From a bacterium (GTDB lineage Bacteria; DUMJ01): 11,821 bases of DNA. The position numbers and the translations under genes are program-made. The notes under the pieces were generated by a model that made no database searches, was not told where the DNA came from, and saw nothing but the letters and a program-made list of their open reading frames with translations. Of the stretch, positions 7,854 to 11,821 are shown piece by piece. Within the stretch, counting starts at the first letter, position 1, and the number at the start of each line of letters is the position of its first letter. The stretch is from contig JBMFMV010000059.1 of assembly GCA_049970495.1 (NCBI GenBank), forward strand, positions 1 through 11,821, read 5' to 3'.

Positions 7854-8633
7854 ATGAAAGAAAATAGGACGAAGAGATTATTGAAAGAGGGAAAATCTGT
7901 TATTGGTACTATGGTTTCTGAGATAAGATCTCCTAATATTGCCCAAATGTTAGCAACTGCAGGTTTTGATTTCTTTATCCTAGATACTGAGCATGGTCCA
8001 TTTTCTATGGAGACTGTACAAGATATGGCTCTTTCTGCAAGAGGTGCTGGTATAAACTTTTTTGTTCGTATACCTACAAGATTTGGACATCATAACCTTT
8101 CACGTCCATTAGATGTAGGGGCAGAGGGTCTACTTGTCCCCCAGGTAGAAACTGTTGAGGAGGTAAAAAATATAGTAAAAGCTACAAGATATTTCCCAAT
8201 AGGGAAAAGGGGAATGTCTCTGAGAAAGCTTCCAAATAGTTATATAAAGGGAAGTTCAAAGGAGCTTATAGAGTCAGCAAACAGAGAAGTTTTTATAATA
8301 CTTCAGATAGAATCAAAAGCTGCTATAGATAATCTAGAAGATCTAATTAGTATTGAGGGGGTTGATGCTGTTCTTATAGGTCCAAATGACCTTTCGCAAG
8401 ACTTAGGATTCCCAGGAGAGACGAATCATCCTATAGTCCAGGAATATATACAGAAACTAGCCGATAAGTGTAACAGGGTCAATTTCCCCTGGGGGATTCA
8501 TTTAGAGAGCCCTTCATCTCTTGTACCTTGGATAGAGAAAGGGATGAGACTCATTGTGTGTTCTACCGATACAAGTATAATAGTAGACGGAGGGAGTAGT
8601 ATAGTAAAAGCGCTTAAGGAAAAGCTATCCTAA
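7854..8633 (+). CDS. HpcH/HpaI family class II (metal-dependent) pyruvate aldolase (GarL/RhmA-like)
   Basis: Motifs DFFILDTEHG, FVRIP, LDVGAEGLLVPQV, LQIES and IGPNDLS. RBS AGGAGG. Starts 9 nt after the dehydrogenase stop. Confidence 0.93.
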   Translation: MKENRTKRLLKEGKSVIGTMVSEIRSPNIAQMLATAGFDFFILDTEHGPFSMETVQDMALSARGAGINFFVRIPTRFGHHNLSRPLDVGAEGLLVPQVETVEEVKNIVKATRYFPIGKRGMSLRKLPNSYIKGSSKELIESANREVFIILQIESKAAIDNLEDLISIEGVDAVLIGPNDLSQDLGFPGETNHPIVQEYIQKLADKCNRVNFPWGIHLESPSSLVPWIEKGMRLIVCSTDTSIIVDGGSSIVKALKEKLS

Positions 8634-9769
8634 TCATACCTCCCGTATTTTTTCCCAGTTTCATACATGACTCTTAAATGCTCTATAGGGGTGCAAGGTG
8701 CCACATTGTGGCCATCGCAGAGTAAAAATTTTCCTCCCTCCATTACTCCAGATTGTAGTAGGCTTATTACCTCTTGTTCGATCCTATAACTGGGACCTTG
8801 TAGAAGAATCATAGGATTTATGTTCCCTCTAAGGGTTACCTCTGGACCTAGAACCTTTCTCATTTTACCTAGATCAGTAGGGTATCCGGTATCAAAGTCT
8901 ATAACATTAAGCTCTTCTTTTATAGTAAGGAAGTGGTGAGATGCCCTACCACAGAGGTGTATACTATTTGGACCCTTTAAGGAGAAGGTATTAATGAGTC
9001 TTTTGTGGTAAGGTAGAACAAATTCTCTATAGATCTTTTCAGAGATAAGCTCTATACTGTCATCAGCAAAGCCCCAGGATTCTTTGGGATATTCTATCCC
9101 AAACTTATCCATCATATGGGTGATTCTTCTTATGGTAGCATCTGTTACGAAAGACATAAGTCTGTGAACAAAGTCTGGGTCTTCATATATATCTATACAA
9201 AGCTGACTTGCCCCTCTTATCTGAGCAGATACTGTAAAGGGTCCGTCTGTACCTAGAAGGGGTATATTAGGTTTACCTATAGGAACTCCTTCAAATAGAT
9301 TATTAGAGATGCTCAAGAAGTATTCGTAATAATCTAAGACCTTTTTAAGGAATGGATTATCCTTTGGTTCTGGATTCAACTCTTTGAGTAAATCTTTGTT
9401 GTCTTTTAGAATGGGGTCTATATCTGGCAGAGAATCTTCCCAATAGAAGAGTTTACATCCAAAGTATAGAGCTTCGTAAGAATTTTGAAAGTCCACCCAA
9501 CAACCACCCCAACTATCTTCCGGATACCCCATCTCTCTATCTTGCGGGACGTTAAACCGCATCCATTTCTTAAACTTTAACTGTACCTTAGCCATTGTTT
9601 CTGGGGATTCAAAATAGTCTCTGAATGAAACACTTTCTTTATTCAGTTTAGGGTCTAAGAGTATCATTCTAGGGTTCATATTGAAGTATATAGGAACACG
9701 GATTGGTCTGCCTAAATTATAGGCAGACCAAACTTCTTTTACTTCGATATTGTGGGCTGAAAAGTCCAT
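8630..9769 (-). CDS. Uroporphyrinogen decarboxylase-superfamily protein (URO-D / MtaA-CmuA-like), probably not a true HemE
   Basis: Motifs GPFTVSAQIRG, DIYEDPDFVHRLM, ADDS...IS...YREFVLPYHKRL, IHLCG, LRGNINP and TPIEHLRVM. Lacks the N-terminal HemE WxMRQAGR motif. Confidence 0.85.
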   Translation of the reverse strand: MDFSAHNIEVKEVWSAYNLGRPIRVPIYFNMNPRMILLDPKLNKESVSFRDYFESPETMAKVQLKFKKWMRFNVPQDREMGYPEDSWGGCWVDFQNSYEALYFGCKLFYWEDSLPDIDPILKDNKDLLKELNPEPKDNPFLKKVLDYYEYFLSISNNLFEGVPIGKPNIPLLGTDGPFTVSAQIRGASQLCIDIYEDPDFVHRLMSFVTDATIRRITHMMDKFGIEYPKESWGFADDSIELISEKIYREFVLPYHKRLINTFSLKGPNSIHLCGRASHHFLTIKEELNVIDFDTGYPTDLGKMRKVLGPEVTLRGNINPMILLQGPSYRIEQEVISLLQSGVMEGGKFLLCDGHNVAPCTPIEHLRVMYETGKKYGRYD

Positions 9770-9778
9770 GACTAGTTT

Positions 9779-10222
9779 TTATATCCCTTGTAGTCCTCTA
9801 AGTATTATTATCTGCCCTGTGTGATAACAGTCATGTGCAAGGACCCCAAACAACATTTCTCCCCATGTAGAATCCTCTCCTGGTATCTTTTCATCTAGAT
9901 TGATGGTCTTCTCCTTTAAAAGGTTCATCATCTTCTCATGGACATCTCTTAACTCTTTTACTGTATCTTCCCAAGAGATATTCTCCTTTGTTTCTTCCTG
10001 GTAGGTTGGCTTTTTACCTTCTAGTGCAGAAAGAATAAATCTTTCTCCTGAGATTATATGATTTACTATCTCCCATATAGAGTGTACATCCTTTCCCTCT
10101 GGCTTCCATTTTGCCTGCTCACTATTTAAATCCTTTACCACATCTAAAAGAGAATCTGCCCACAGCCCTTTCCCTTCTTGAAATGCCATATCTAAAGCCT
10201 TTAAGATCCATTCTTTAGACAT
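9779..10222 (-). CDS. DinB/YfiT superfamily protein
   Basis: HSIWEIVNHI and LAHDCYHTGQI provide the three-His metal-binding arrangement of DinB proteins. RBS GGGAGGG. Confidence 0.88.
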   Translation of the reverse strand: MSKEWILKALDMAFQEGKGLWADSLLDVVKDLNSEQAKWKPEGKDVHSIWEIVNHIISGERFILSALEGKKPTYQEETKENISWEDTVKELRDVHEKMMNLLKEKTINLDEKIPGEDSTWGEMLFGVLAHDCYHTGQIIILRGLQGI

Positions 10223-10379
10223 ATTTAAATCCCTCCCTGAATTAAATTTTCTAGTATAATTTTCTCACATAACCTGATAAAAGTAAACATGTCTCATTTT
10301 AGTAGATAGACATCTTGCCTATCCTATCACATGCTAGCCTTACATTCAGTATGTTTTAGTTTGAAAGATTAAGCTCTAA

Positions 10380-11327
10380 TTATCTATTATCTCCTAAAAG
10401 TCCAACCGCTACTGCACCAAGAATACCCACATCATCTCCTAATTTAGCAGGGACAATCTTAACCTCATCAATAGGAACAAGTCGGACACGTTCTTTTACT
10501 ATCTCTCTTACCTTTATAAATAGTTCCTCTCCATATTTAGTGAGGCTTCCTCCCAAGACAACCATCTCCGGGCTTATTATCGTTATTATGTTGGCTATGC
10601 CTATGCCTAGGTAGTATATAGCAGAATCCCAGACCTCTCTAGCCAAAGGGTCCCCTACTTTAGCTGCATCAGCTATTATCTTTGCCGATATCTCTTCTAA
10701 ATCTTTTACCCAGTCTGTAACTATAGAGGTCCTACCACTTGCCAATTTTTCTCTAAACATCCTTGCTATACCTGTTCCGCTAGAGAGAGCTTCTAAGCAA
10801 CCCCTATTACCGCAATTGCATAATGGACCGTCTGGTAGTATTGTCTGATGTCCAACTTCCCCACCACTATCTCTTACCCCATGTATCAATTTATTATTGA
10901 GTATGATACCTCCGCCTATCCCTGTACTCAAAGTCATATATACCATATTACTCACATCTTTTCCTGCACCAAAGTGAAATTCTCCTAAGGCAGCAGCATT
11001 TGCATCATTTTCTAAATATACAGGGAGATTAAACGCACTCTTTATATCCTCGACTAATGGGACATTATCCCAGCCAGGGAGATTTGGAGGCGATAATATC
11101 CTACCCCTTTTTGAATCTAATGGTCCCCCACATCCTATACCTATGGCCCTTATAGAGTACCCTTTATTAAGAGCAGCTGTCTTTTCTATGATTTCTTCAA
11201 CAATAGCCTTATAGCCTCTAGCTACATTAGTTGGAAACCTTACAGAATCCTCAAGGTTTCCATTTATATCAGCTCGACCAATTGCGACCTTCGTTCCTCC
11301 TATATCTATCCCTATAATCTTATCCAT
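10380..11327 (-). CDS. ROK family sugar kinase (glucokinase-like)
   Basis: GIDIGGTK ATP-binding motif, LENDANAAALGE, STGIGGG, GEVGH and CNCGNRGCLE. No HTH domain. The start overlaps the upstream stop by 8 nt. Confidence 0.92.
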   Translation of the reverse strand: MDKIIGIDIGGTKVAIGRADINGNLEDSVRFPTNVARGYKAIVEEIIEKTAALNKGYSIRAIGIGCGGPLDSKRGRILSPPNLPGWDNVPLVEDIKSAFNLPVYLENDANAAALGEFHFGAGKDVSNMVYMTLSTGIGGGIILNNKLIHGVRDSGGEVGHQTILPDGPLCNCGNRGCLEALSSGTGIARMFREKLASGRTSIVTDWVKDLEEISAKIIADAAKVGDPLAREVWDSAIYYLGIGIANIITIISPEMVVLGGSLTKYGEELFIKVREIVKERVRLVPIDEVKIVPAKLGDDVGILGAVAVGLLGDNR

Positions 11328-11821
11328 AAATCACCCCCGTATCATTTATCCTTTCTATGACGGGAAATTCTCCATAATATTTAATGATATTTATCGCACA
11401 GTTATCCTGCCCTATCCTTCTATAATACCTCAAGTCTCCACCTAAGAGGCCACAGATAAAGAGCCTATTTACAGATTTATGGGCTACGATGAGTATATTA
11501 CCATAGTGAACCTCTCCCACTATCTTTTCTATTACTTTTTTTGATCTCTCATAGACTTCTATCGCAGATTCTCCCTTAGGAGGAGCTATACTATTATCTA
11601 ATCTCCATGCACTATATTCCTTAGGGAATTCTTCTTCTATTTCTCTTCTACTTTTGCCTTCCCAGAGTCCATAGTTAAGTTCTCTTATGCCGGGTTCGAT
11701 CTCTATTTTTAATCCATGGAATCTATTAATAATCTCTGCAGTCTCAACAGTTCTTATCATATCACTAGATATTATCCTAGAAAACTTTATGTCTTTTAGC
11801 CTTTCTGCTAGATTAATAGCC
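11320..11821 (-). CDS. Histidine phosphatase / phosphoglycerate mutase family protein (5' end beyond the window edge)
   Basis: The frame stays open past 11760 to the edge (...AINLAERLKDIKFSRIISSDMIRTVETA), giving the SSDxxR motif. Also ELNYGLWEG, PPKGES and ILIVAH. The N-terminal RHG motif lies outside the window. Confidence 0.9.
   Translation of the reverse strand, partial: AINLAERLKDIKFSRIISSDMIRTVETAEIINRFHGLKIEIEPGIRELNYGLWEGKSRREIEEEFPKEYSAWRLDNSIAPPKGESAIEVYERSKKVIEKIVGEVHYGNILIVAHKSVNRLFICGLLGGDLRYYRRIGQDNCAINIIKYYGEFPVIERINDTGVIYG

Noticed and set aside
10223..10379. Possible riboswitch, sRNA or operator in the 157-bp gap before the DinB gene (ATGTCT-N13-AGACAT at 10289-10313; TATACT -10-like box on the minus strand)
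   Set aside because: Only a 6-bp inverted repeat and a poor -35 box, with no recognisable riboswitch consensus. An Rfam/Infernal search would be needed to support anything.
1..11821. CRISPR arrays, tRNA/rRNA genes, transposases, integrases or defence genes
   Set aside because: No spaced repeats, RNA-gene signatures or such protein motifs were seen, and nearly all of the sequence is accounted for by metabolic CDSs.

Overview
AT-rich, gene-dense bacterial window. The K/E/I-rich proteins and a Thermotoga/Dictyoglomus-style sugar-binding protein suggest an anaerobic thermophile; this is inference only. The left ~8.6 kb is a divergently transcribed sugar or sugar-acid catabolic locus. On the minus strand it runs: ROK repressor, family-5 ABC substrate-binding protein (no permease or ATPase in the window), a strong stem-loop, two small tandem Cys-motif paralogues of unknown function, a DapA/NanA-family class I aldolase, a cytoplasmic Asp-box sialidase-like protein, and a Gfo/Idh/MocA oxidoreductase that runs off the left edge. 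On the plus strand are a D-2-hydroxyacid dehydrogenase and an HpcH/HpaI class II aldolase. The right ~3.2 kb (minus strand) holds a histidine phosphatase that runs off the right edge, a ROK sugar kinase, a DinB-family protein and a URO-D/MtaA-like protein. No RNA genes, mobile elements or CRISPR arrays were seen. The best novelty candidate is the catabolic pathway itself, probably for a 2-keto-3-deoxy (ulosonic) acid or related glycoside, and especially its paralogous Cys-motif pair.
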